Below are positions 15,243 to 24,700 of a DNA stretch of 37,036 nt, in pieces. The DNA comes from a virus (Duplodnaviria > Caudoviricetes): IMG/VR virus record IMGVR_UViG_3300038379_000594, positions 1 through 37,036 of that record; one strand, written 5' to 3'. The translations under genes were made by a program, and so were the position numbers. Position 1 is the stretch's first letter. Each line of letters begins with the position of its first letter. Under the pieces are notes generated by a model. It was not told the origin of the DNA. It ran no database searches and saw only the letters and a program-made list of their open reading frames with translations.

Positions 15243-16463
15243 ATGGATTCACGTATCTTCAGAGCTTTAATTTTTTCCGTCCCAGCTTTTTTTGCCTTTT
15301 GCTACCTTCTCGTTAACGATTCAAGGGCAGATTTAACAGGTGATACTGAGTCCGTTATGCCTGTTAAAATAAAAGGTCGAGACGAATTGCACACTGCTGA
15401 CGTCTTGCTTGAGGGGGGTATACGGCGTTTAGCAACTGATTCGGTTGTAACGGTTGAAGAAGTGTTCGGGCAAGACCCCCAAGGAACTACTTGGGGGTTC
15501 TTCGGCAATACACTTGAGGATGCAAATGGTATAGGGTCTACCGGTAACACGGTAAGAGTTCAAATCCCTGCGGCGGTAACACCTCTAGGAACTATTTACC
15601 CTGCGGTAGATTACACTTACACAATTACTGCCTCGGATGTTGCAAATAGTAACCCGGAAAGAGCCGTGGCGTTAAATCTTTGCACCGGATTGAATGCTGA
15701 CGCCAATTTCCAGAGTGCGAAGTGGCAGTGCTCTGTGGCTAAAGATTTCTCATTGTTTCACATTAATTCTCGATTGTTTAATGAATTCGGGACCAGAAGT
15801 TCTTGGACTCTGACTTGTTCGGGAGCTACGGTTTGTAATCCAGGGTATACTGACATTAAGAGGAGGGGGAAACCTACAGAATTGTCGAGATCCCCCAATG
15901 ATCCAAGGCAAGGAATTTTAGCTATAGCAGGTACTGTGTCTACAGTTCCAGGAGGAATAGGGGACGCATTCTACTCCTACCTAAAAAATACAGTCGGCTC
16001 TAATAATTTTAAAATAGATTGTAGCCCCTATATTGCAGGAACGTGCGATTTCAAAGTTGAATCTGTTTCTGATGAGATAATATTCATTGAGTATATCAGG
16101 TGTTTTGGTGGGGGTAGCGGTATCCAATTCGGAAAGTTTCTTAGTCAATCCGGGACCGGATTGACTAATGGTTTGGTTATGTCGGTTAAAAGCGAAGATG
16201 AGATTTTCACTTTTGAGCCAATTAAAAAGACCGAAGATTTCAAAAATATTATGGCGTCCATTCCTGGGAGTGATTTTAGGGTCGATATTCAAAGTGGGTC
16301 AGATCAATTTATCGCTCAATTTAGGCCTTCTGTTGCTATCCCTTTACTGCCGTCAGGGACTTTCACGACGAACGATTATATCAATATTAAAGTTTCAGAC
16401 GACTTATCAGCCGGTTTAGCTCAATTACAGTGCAGTGTATTTGGATTCAAGAGGGAGCCGTAA
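15243..16463 (+). CDS. putative virion-associated protein with N-terminal signal peptide
   Basis: MDSRIFRALIFSVPAFFAFCYLLVNDSRA|DLT; 8 Cys in the mature part; beta-rich. Confidence 0.65.
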   Translation: MDSRIFRALIFSVPAFFAFCYLLVNDSRADLTGDTESVMPVKIKGRDELHTADVLLEGGIRRLATDSVVTVEEVFGQDPQGTTWGFFGNTLEDANGIGSTGNTVRVQIPAAVTPLGTIYPAVDYTYTITASDVANSNPERAVALNLCTGLNADANFQSAKWQCSVAKDFSLFHINSRLFNEFGTRSSWTLTCSGATVCNPGYTDIKRRGKPTELSRSPNDPRQGILAIAGTVSTVPGGIGDAFYSYLKNTVGSNNFKIDCSPYIAGTCDFKVESVSDEIIFIEYIRCFGGGSGIQFGKFLSQSGTGLTNGLVMSVKSEDEIFTFEPIKKTEDFKNIMASIPGSDFRVDIQSGSDQFIAQFRPSVAIPLLPSGTFTTNDYINIKVSDDLSAGLAQLQCSVFGFKREP

Positions 16464-16467
16464 TAAT

Positions 16468-16986
16468 ATGGGCATTCGAATACCGGAAAGAGATTCTGCG
16501 GGCAGGGATATCAACAGAGTCACAGAAATAACTCCTGGTAGAACGATGCACGAAAGAGCGGTGCAGTTTACCACTTCCACGTTAGAATCTCTTTTCAACT
16601 CTGAATTTACCGACGTATTTATATCTTTCTTAGCGGCCGACGACACAGAGTTGACAACCCAAGAAACTATCGACACTAGTTGTGTTAAAACTAAAGTGTC
16701 TTTTAGGCCTACATTCTCTTACGACATTATCGGCGGGTTTGCGGAGGTTGCGAACAGACCAGACCAGCACGTCAGAGTTGACGTCATTGCTGCTCCTGGT
16801 GTGCTTAATACGAGATTAGTATCCGGTGTTAGCTTAAAAATCAGTCCGAAAGTTGTATTGGATGGAAGGACAGCGAAGGATTTGCCGTACATAGAGGGTC
16901 TACCGATAAATTGGATCGATATGGTTTTTTCCCATCCTGCGGGCTACAAAATTGAAGTGCAAGTTGTCTGGGAGTTGTTTAAGTGA
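16468..16986 (+). CDS. hypothetical, possibly structural protein
   Basis: GAGGGAG upstream of ATG 16468; stop overlaps the next start. Confidence 0.6.
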   Translation: MGIRIPERDSAGRDINRVTEITPGRTMHERAVQFTTSTLESLFNSEFTDVFISFLAADDTELTTQETIDTSCVKTKVSFRPTFSYDIIGGFAEVANRPDQHVRVDVIAAPGVLNTRLVSGVSLKISPKVVLDGRTAKDLPYIEGLPINWIDMVFSHPAGYKIEVQVVWELFK

Positions 16987-17519
16987 AACTATCCCTGCTG
17001 TGGGTTAAAACTAAAGACAGTAGATCCTCAGATCTAGTCTGTAAAATCTTAGGGGAGAAGTGCTCACACTTTGCAGTTGCCGTACATTTTGACCGTGGAA
17101 ATACCATAGTCTGGCATTCTACACCGGGCGGTGTTCAATGGATTGACTATCTTGATTATCAGAAATCGATAGTCATTGTAGCTAAAAGAGAGTACGACTG
17201 TATCCCTCAATCTGAATATTTCTACGCTTCTTTGTGCTCCAAATTGTTAAAATTTGAAGGTTACGACTATCTAGCTGCGGCGGGGTTAGGTCTAAAGAAG
17301 ATATGCAAATCGGTAGGTATTAACCTCAAAAGTAACGTTTTGAATTGCAAGAGTTTAGCAGTTTGTACCGAGATTTATAAATGCGTTTCTGATGCTTATC
17401 AGTCAGTGACGGGGTCAGCTTTGCTACAGATTGAAGCGGAAAGTAGTTTTTTGACGCCGTGGGAGCTATATATCGCTACACACAAAGCTGAAAGTGATTG
17501 TAAAGTGTTAAAGATTTGA
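16983..17519 (+). CDS. permuted papain-like NlpC/P60 (YiiX/YebB-like) enzyme
   Basis: His before Cys: SHFAVAV...VWHST..GV...GYDY...AVCTEI...LTPWEL. Confidence 0.7.
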   Translation: MKLSLLWVKTKDSRSSDLVCKILGEKCSHFAVAVHFDRGNTIVWHSTPGGVQWIDYLDYQKSIVIVAKREYDCIPQSEYFYASLCSKLLKFEGYDYLAAAGLGLKKICKSVGINLKSNVLNCKSLAVCTEIYKCVSDAYQSVTGSALLQIEAESSFLTPWELYIATHKAESDCKVLKI

Positions 17520-17541
17520 GAAATAAACCTAGGAGTTAAAT

Positions 17542-17826
17542 ATGAAGCTATCCTATCCCACGGCAAGAAAAGCAACCATTAAGGGACCTTATATATATTT
17601 GGATAAAGCTGGTCCGATATCTTTGAATTTAGGTGCTGAGGGAGTCGAAGTGCCTGATGAAGTAGCGCATAAAATATTAGAGCAAGATGGTGATATTATT
17701 AAGGTTTACCATGATCCGGTGGACATGTCGGAGGTTTTCCCCTCGGAAGTTGAAGAAGTACCAGAGAAAAAAAGGGCTGCGGCGGCGCCAAGAAATAAAA
17801 TGGCGGGTGAAGTAAAGAATAAGTGA
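17542..17826 (+). CDS. small head-completion region protein
   Basis: AGGAG RBS; EVPDEVAHKIL and C-terminal PRNKM; lies before the connector gene. Confidence 0.6.
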   Translation: MKLSYPTARKATIKGPYIYLDKAGPISLNLGAEGVEVPDEVAHKILEQDGDIIKVYHDPVDMSEVFPSEVEEVPEKKRAAAAPRNKMAGEVKNK

Positions 17827-17855
17827 ATTGAGAGGTAGGTGATTGGAGGTGTCTT

Positions 17856-18485
17856 GTGGCTCTTGCAGTAAATGCGTTTGTATCTTTGAGTACAGCTAAA
17901 GATCACCTACAAATTCCCCCGTTAGTAGTGAACCAAGATTCTCGAATTGAGAGAATGGTTAATACTGCTAGCGCGATGATCGAGAGCTACACCAATCGAT
18001 CGATAGTCAGCAAATCGATTATTGAGCATCAAGACGGTAGATCCAGCAATAAGATCTTGCTCAATCAATATCCCTTTGTAACTGGACCTGCGACCGGCGG
18101 TAAGCCGAGAGTTTGGATTGATGGGCTTTCCAATTTTAACGCTTTAGCAGAAGTAGACCCGGAATCTTACTACGTTGACAAAGAAATTATGATTATTAGG
18201 ATTTCCGGAATATTCCCGAAAGGTTACAGGAATATTAAGCTAGAGTACACTGCAGGTTTGGGCCTTATTGACGCTTTACCAGCGGATATAACTTGGGCTT
18301 GTTTGGAGTTGGTTGCCTGGTATTACAACACTTCTTCAAACCATCGGATTGGAGTTATTAGTCAGGGTAAACTAGGAGAAAACGTTAATTTTGAGCAGCT
18401 ATTGCCCAAACACATCGAGTTGCTGTTGCAGCCCTATGTTCGTTTTGAATTCCCGGATGCCAGCGTTGGTGTGAGGAATTCTTAA
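17856..18485 (+). CDS. head-tail connector (HK97 gp6/SPP1 gp15-like)
   Basis: VSLSTAKDHL...ASAMIESYTNR...YTAG...PADI..ACLELVAWYY...LLQPY. Confidence 0.85.
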   Translation: MALAVNAFVSLSTAKDHLQIPPLVVNQDSRIERMVNTASAMIESYTNRSIVSKSIIEHQDGRSSNKILLNQYPFVTGPATGGKPRVWIDGLSNFNALAEVDPESYYVDKEIMIIRISGIFPKGYRNIKLEYTAGLGLIDALPADITWACLELVAWYYNTSSNHRIGVISQGKLGENVNFEQLLPKHIELLLQPYVRFEFPDASVGVRNS

Positions 18486-19039
18486 TGCCTGAACCAATTT
18501 TTGAAATAAATGCTGAAACAGATAAAATAATATCTAGAATTAAATCTAGAATTGAAAGAACTCAACCTAAAAATCCAGCATTATTGAGATCGTTGCATCG
18601 TGTTGGTTTGTTGATATCGAATCAAGCTAAATTAAATATCAGAACCAGAAAACTAATAGACTTTGGACATTTGCTTAATTCGATATTTTACAAAATCCAG
18701 GATACCGCAAATGGTCCTGAGCTGTTGGTCGGGAGTTTCGGGATTCCCTACGCTCGAATTCATGAGTTTGGGGGGATTATTAGACCAGTTCGAGCTAGAG
18801 CTTTAGCGATTCCCCTTCGAAAGGAATTTAGAAATATACCCCCAAGGACTCTAGATTTGTTTGTGCTTAAAAGGGGTGGTAAGGTTTTCCTAGCAAGAAA
18901 GAACGGCGGTAAACTAGATATTCTGTATGTCTTGAAAGATCAGGTCCGCATACCTGCAAGGCCTTATTTGAGACCCGCTTTAGTGCGACACAGGGAGAAA
19001 ATCCTCGATATTTTAGCCGAGGGGTTTATCAGTCAATGA
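18485..19039 (+). CDS. virion morphogenesis / tail completion protein
   Basis: GHLLNSI, YARIHEFGG, IPARPYLRPAL. Confidence 0.85.
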   Translation: MPEPIFEINAETDKIISRIKSRIERTQPKNPALLRSLHRVGLLISNQAKLNIRTRKLIDFGHLLNSIFYKIQDTANGPELLVGSFGIPYARIHEFGGIIRPVRARALAIPLRKEFRNIPPRTLDLFVLKRGGKVFLARKNGGKLDILYVLKDQVRIPARPYLRPALVRHREKILDILAEGFISQ

Positions 19040-19482
19040 GCATTCAAAAACAGGTATTTTTAAATCTCAAAACTAAACTCCAGGAATTACCCTGGGCCAA
19101 TCTTGTAGAGTTCGAAAATATCCGGCTGCTGGCTAGTGAGTTTAACGCGCACGAGTTTCCTGCTATTCAGATTTATGACAATGGGGAGACAGCGACACAA
19201 TTGAAGGGCAGAACTTCCAATATTCTTTCAATATCGATCGAATTAGTATTAATGCGTTCCGCCGTTACTGGGCTTGTAGACCAAGGACAATTGTTCGACA
19301 AGAAATTAGAGATAAAACAAAAAATTGGTGAGGACCCAAGATTAGGGATAAACGGTGGTGTAGACGGCACCATAATGCACATCCAATATGTGGCGGGTGC
19401 TACAGACTTGCATAGTCTTGCTCCACACTATTTAGCTCGTCTCGATTTTGAAGTATTATTTCATGAACCTTTCAGTTGCTAA
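19036..19482 (+). CDS. putative tail terminator
   Basis: Size, FPAIQI motif, position before the tail tube gene. Confidence 0.6.
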   Translation: MSIQKQVFLNLKTKLQELPWANLVEFENIRLLASEFNAHEFPAIQIYDNGETATQLKGRTSNILSISIELVLMRSAVTGLVDQGQLFDKKLEIKQKIGEDPRLGINGGVDGTIMHIQYVAGATDLHSLAPHYLARLDFEVLFHEPFSC

Positions 19483-19537
19483 TAGATTTTTGACAACCCC
19501 GATTTGGGGCAAAAATAACTAATTTGGGAGTTTGGAA

Positions 19538-20773
19538 ATGGCTAAGAATTTTGCCTCAATTTACAACTCGGGGAATGACGCTGTTGCGCTAGAGCAAAGG
19601 ATTTTTATCAAAGAGGAAGTGACAAGAGGAACTTTAGCAGTCCCAGCGGATGCTGATTTTATCTACACAATAAACGGTGCGCAGGTAACTTTCACTCAAC
19701 CAGTAGAGAGCAGTCCAGTAAGAAGCGGAAGGCATCACAGCGGGATAATCCGCCAAAAGACATCTACTGAATGGACTCTACCGACTTTTTTTATGGTCGA
19801 TACGTCCTTAGGCGCCCCATCAGTTGCGGAAATCGATCCAGGTATGAGGGTACTTTATGAGAGTTTATTTGGCCGAGAGACTTCCCCCGGTGGTGTTTTA
19901 ACTTATGACCCTGCGACGCCGCCGAATATCACTTTTTCAATTTACAACAATGGGGATCAGTGGGCACAACAAGCTCCCGGCGCTTTCGTGGATTCTGGGA
20001 ATGCGACTTTCCCTGGGGACGGACAAGCGCAGATAGAGTTTGCCGGGATGGCTAAGACTGCTTATCTCGTGGGTGTGGGCAAGTCCGCAACTAATAATAA
20101 CGCAGGCAACACTGTAACTGTAGGGACGGGGGAAGGTGAAAGATTCCCAGTTGGTGCGAAAGTGATGCTCATTAAAGTTGCTAGTACTCGATCAACTGAC
20201 ACGCCTAACGGTTCCGCACGAACTGTGACTTCTGTAGCCGGTGATGTTGTGACGCTAGATGGAGCTGTACTTGCGGATGCTGATGGCACTGCTGGGGATC
20301 TATTTCTCTGCTACTACGAACCCGCAGCCCCTACAGCGATCAACAATCCGATTACAGGCTTAGTGGGAAGTTTCTCGATTGTTAATTTGCCGACGATGGA
20401 TTGTGTAAGATCAGTCGGAATAAATATGACGAACAACCATGAACCTATGGACTTTTGTTACGGCCACGAAGGTCTAGGAGGCCCCCTCTTTACACCGGGT
20501 GGTAGGTTCACTGCCGAAGTGACGATGGAGCTAAATCTCAATCACGATCTGGTGGAATTTATCAACAAAGTAAGGGACTTCGTGGGTGAAGACCTAACAC
20601 TTGTCCTGGGATCTCCGACAGGTCGCAGATTAGAAGCTACGATGCCCAAAGTTATATTCGCAGTACCCGAAATTCCTGTACCCGACACTGGTACTATCCC
20701 GATTTCTTTCACGGGGAATGCGTACCAAACTGCGGAAGATGCGGCTGATGAGGTGATGTTTGAATTCAAATAA
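19538..20773 (+). CDS. major tail tube protein with an inserted beta domain
   Basis: IFIKEEVTRGT start, LYESLFG, INMTNN, MPKVIF...ISFTGNA; followed by a terminator and the chaperone gene. Confidence 0.8.
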   Translation: MAKNFASIYNSGNDAVALEQRIFIKEEVTRGTLAVPADADFIYTINGAQVTFTQPVESSPVRSGRHHSGIIRQKTSTEWTLPTFFMVDTSLGAPSVAEIDPGMRVLYESLFGRETSPGGVLTYDPATPPNITFSIYNNGDQWAQQAPGAFVDSGNATFPGDGQAQIEFAGMAKTAYLVGVGKSATNNNAGNTVTVGTGEGERFPVGAKVMLIKVASTRSTDTPNGSARTVTSVAGDVVTLDGAVLADADGTAGDLFLCYYEPAAPTAINNPITGLVGSFSIVNLPTMDCVRSVGINMTNNHEPMDFCYGHEGLGGPLFTPGGRFTAEVTMELNLNHDLVEFINKVRDFVGEDLTLVLGSPTGRRLEATMPKVIFAVPEIPVPDTGTIPISFTGNAYQTAEDAADEVMFEFK

Positions 20774-20801
20774 TTGATACTCCAGGTTAAGTGGGATACT
20801 T

Positions 20802-20827
20802 TAGGGGTTAACAACCCCTATTTTTTT
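20802..20827 (+). terminator. rho-independent terminator after the tail tube gene
   Basis: TAGGGGTT-AAC-AACCCCTA followed by a T run. Confidence 0.85.
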
Positions 20828-20844
20828 ATTTTTTGGAGGATGCT

Positions 20845-21324
20845 ATGGGTGTATTTCTCGACGATAACGCAACAAAGAATTTTGAATTGATTCTCCGGAT
20901 TGATACGGCGGTTCGATGTGAAGATGGAGTTTATGACCAGTATTTGGAGAATCTGGACGAAACTTTATTAAATCTCGATCCTGAGCAAGAGCCTACGAGA
21001 TTTATCTTTCGCAGGGTTCTACCTTGGGACGCTCAACAACGGGTAGAGCGTGCGAAGGTAGACGCTGAGACGCGTGGGATAAACCTTGGGTATTTGCACG
21101 AAGAGGTTAGGGCTTCATTAATCGATATAAAAGGTCCAGGGATTAAATTTCAAAGAGATAAAGATTCTCTTTGCTCCAAAGAATTGATTACGAAGTTGGT
21201 GAGTGCCGGGGTTATTAATGATTTGGTGACTGCAAGACAAAAGGCTAATACTAATTCTATAGAATCCATGAAAAAAAAATCTCAGCCGTCCTTGAGCTTA
21301 GCTTCACAGACACTAGAGAGCTAG
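20845..21324 (+). CDS. tail assembly chaperone (lambda gpG-like)
   Basis: GGAGG RBS before ATG 20845; between tail tube and tape measure; A9 run near the 3' end. Confidence 0.8.
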   Translation: MGVFLDDNATKNFELILRIDTAVRCEDGVYDQYLENLDETLLNLDPEQEPTRFIFRRVLPWDAQQRVERAKVDAETRGINLGYLHEEVRASLIDIKGPGIKFQRDKDSLCSKELITKLVSAGVINDLVTARQKANTNSIESMKKKSQPSLSLASQTLES

Positions 21325-21719
21325 CTAAAAAAGGCAGGAGTTTCAATTGTGCAAATTGCCCGGAAGCTATTCAATCTTTAAGACGTTGTCACGAAGATAC
21401 GGAATTTACTTCTAAAGATGGATCAATCTGGCCAATACAAATTGAACAGGGGGGAGATCTTTACGGGTTTTGCCCCGCGAAAGCTTTTTGGGATGTAGAA
21501 GTTTCATCAATTTTTAAACTTTTAATAATTACTGCTGAGTCCGGGGCACTTTTAAATTCCGGTGGCGTGCTCGATCAACCGGCGTGGTATATTGAACTAT
21601 GTTCCTGGTTTCTCCCTAAATATTCCCAAATTCGTTTCGGTAGTCGAGCTAAAATGATTTTAGGCGATTCGAAGGTAGCCAAATCTCTACCCACCGTGCC
21701 GCCGAAATCTAGGAGGTAG
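21270..21719 (+). CDS. -1 frameshift extension of the tail chaperone (gpGT-like; not in ORF track)
   Basis: -1 frame open from the A9 run to TAG 21717-21719: ISAVLELSF...FNCANCPE...RRC...GFCP...GGVLDQPAWY...KSRR. Confidence 0.85.
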   Translation, partial: EKKISAVLELSFTDTRELAKKGRSFNCANCPEAIQSLRRCHEDTEFTSKDGSIWPIQIEQGGDLYGFCPAKAFWDVEVSSIFKLLIITAESGALLNSGGVLDQPAWYIELCSWFLPKYSQIRFGSRAKMILGDSKVAKSLPTVPPKSRR

Positions 21720-21722
21720 CAA

Positions 21723-24700
21723 ATGGCTGTATCAGAGGAATTATTGATCAAAGTCAAAGTCAATTCTGGGGATTCCTCGAAATCTCTATCTCAATTACAA
21801 AAAGAATTGAAGGAGTTGGGTTCTGCAGATGAAGAGATTCTCAAAGCCGCACTAGCTCTAGAGTCGATGAATGCTGAGACTATAAGGATTAATCAGGAAG
21901 TAGGTAAGTTAGATAAAGAGGTAGTCTCTGCTGGGGCAAGTTTGGGGAAATTCTTTCAGACTGTCAATGATATGACTCTAGAAATGCAGCATAATGTTGA
22001 GGCCACGAATATTTTAACTGCTGCTTTTAAGACGATCGGAACGATAGGTTTCGGGGAGAAATTCGGCAAAGGCCTAATAGGTACAACACTAGCGGCAGAT
22101 GTGGCCGCGACTGTCTTAACTGTCCTCGGCAAATCAGCTGAGAACGCCGAGAGTAATCTATTGGGAATCTTGGCGGGGGCTAGTTTAGTCGCGGGGTTTT
22201 TGTTAGGCCAATTTTCTTCAGCGGTCCTACATGCAATAAATCTCTTATCTGATTTGGCTATATCAATTGGCGTGACCTTGTATAATTCGATGCGAAAATT
22301 TGAGACAGTTTTTACAAAGTTAGACAAGACAATCCATCAATTCCAATTCGGCGTCAAAAACTTTGCGGATTCTACTGACGGGGCCTCGGGGTCTCTAGAG
22401 AATTGGGAGAAAGTGGTCGAGAATTTGACAGAAACCACCGCTTTTTCCTTAGCTGACATTTCGAAAGCCGTCAAAATTTTGGTGGCGGAAGGTTCGGCGA
22501 TCGGTCTTGAGTATTCTCAACAATTTGAATTACTTACTAGGGCTACAGATATAGCGTCTTTTCATAGTAGAGATTTGACGGATACACTATTAGCACTCGT
22601 TAGTGGGTTGACGGGCAATAGCTCTGCTGTAATAGCCTTAGGCATTGACTTGCGAGAGTTAGCCCTAACTCAAAACTTAATGAGTGAAGCATCCGATAAA
22701 AGCCTGGACAATATGTCTGATCTTCAAAAAACCCAACTGAGATACAATCAGATTATGAAAAAAACGTCCCCGATAATAGGTTCGGCTGCGGAGGAGCTTC
22801 GGACTTTTGATGGGAGGGTTGCTCAGGTAAATAAAACGGTGGAGCTTATCCAATCAAAAATAGGGCAGATGGGGGTTCTGTATCGATTCATAATAGATAT
22901 AGTACAGAAAACAACCCTAGCGATTCTAAAATTACCCGATCCAATATTAAAGATGGTGGGGACTTTTACGGATTTTGGCTCCGTTATTCTTATTGTTGGG
23001 GGTTATTTACTAAAATATTTATCCGCCATCACTCTTTTGATCGGTGGATTTGATATACTTAATAAAGTGATAAAATTTACCTCAGCCAATTCTAAATCTC
23101 TCGGGGGGGAGTTTTTACGGCAGGAGGGGATAAAGAGTTTATCCGATCTCCTCTCAGTGTTCGGCAAAGGATTTAAAACTTCGATAGCTGACGTACTTTC
23201 AAGATTTGCGAACCTCGATAAGATATCCAAGGGGTTGAAAGCAACTCTTATCAGTCTCGCCGCGGGGCTTTTAGGGTTTTTTCAGCAGGTAGTTACGTTC
23301 GGCGGCAAAGCCATAGTCATACTAGCTCCGATAGCGGCGAAGCTCACTTTACTGTTTCTTCTTGTCACTGCCACCAGCAAAGCGATGGGGGAGATCGTAG
23401 GGGAAGTGTCTATTGTAAGTGACGCAATCTCAGACTTCAGTAAATCTTTAGATAATGTCTCTGAGGGCTTAGGCCATGCAGCGGAAGTGTCCAAAGATTT
23501 CGGTAAATCACTAAAATCCAATATTCTTCCATTTGTAAATCTAGTTTTGGATAAGATAGCCAAGATTGTGAAGGTACTGATTTTGGGGTTTGGCACAGCC
23601 GCTAGTGTCCTGAGTTATTTCGGGAGCGTAATCTTAAAAGTGGGATTTTTCCTAACCGAAAGCACTCCTTCGCTCGATAAATTTATCCGTAAATCTGAAT
23701 TTGCTATGGCTTCTTTGTCGAAGTCTGTTAAGGATGTGATAGATTCCTTCCTAGAATACGATAAGAAAATTATTGAATCTGAGAAGTTAGGTGCGTCCTT
23801 CTTTTCTAAGACTCAAAAAAAGTTGTCTCTAGGTGAAGTAGAATTAGATGTTTTAAACTTTAACAAGATTGAAATATTTGGAGACGAATTCGAGAAGGCC
23901 ATAGGTAAGGCTCAGAAATCACTTACTGAATTCAACAGGGAGAAAGATAAATTCGATCGGGCTAATGCCGAGTCTTCACAAGAAGCGATAGATTTGTTGA
24001 AGAAGGTGAAAGATTCCCGCGAGGAATCCTACAAATTGTTCTTCTCTGGCCAAAAACAACTAATAGATTTAGAAAAAAATTGGAGGGAGGAATTATCTAA
24101 GACGGAAGTTGAGTTGTTAAAAGCTTCTGGAGAAGAAAGAAAGGCGTTACAGCTTTCGATTGAATTAAACAAAAAGAAGTTTGATTTAGAAGTTAAGAAT
24201 CTAAAGCATGCCGAAAATGTTTTCTTCGGTGGTCAAACTAGGATAACGGCTCTATCTAAAAAATTCCGAGAAAATTTAGAGTTAGAATTGAAGTTGTTCG
24301 ACCTTCGAAAAAAACAAGAAGCTCTTAAGAAGATAGACGACGAGAGGATAAAAGTCCTAGACGATTTGAAATCTAGGTATAAGAGTCTTTCGCAATCTAT
24401 TATTGATTTAGAGAAGGAAGCTTCTTCTCAAGGAAAATCCACCTCCGAAAATTTGCAATATGGCTACCAATTGCAGTTGGAGTCTTTAGAAGTTGAAAGA
24501 GAGAAATTAAGGGTTGCGGGGCTTTTGGATAAAAAGATAGGCGAGGAGATTGATAAACTTAAATCTCTCCACGGTAAAGAGTTTGAATTGAAGATAAAGG
24601 CTGCTGAGTCCAGTAAAAACTTTTTCACTTCTGAGGGTTTGCAGGATATCCAAAATGTTTTGGGGGTCAGCACTAAAAACTTTGCAAGTGTTTTGGGTAA

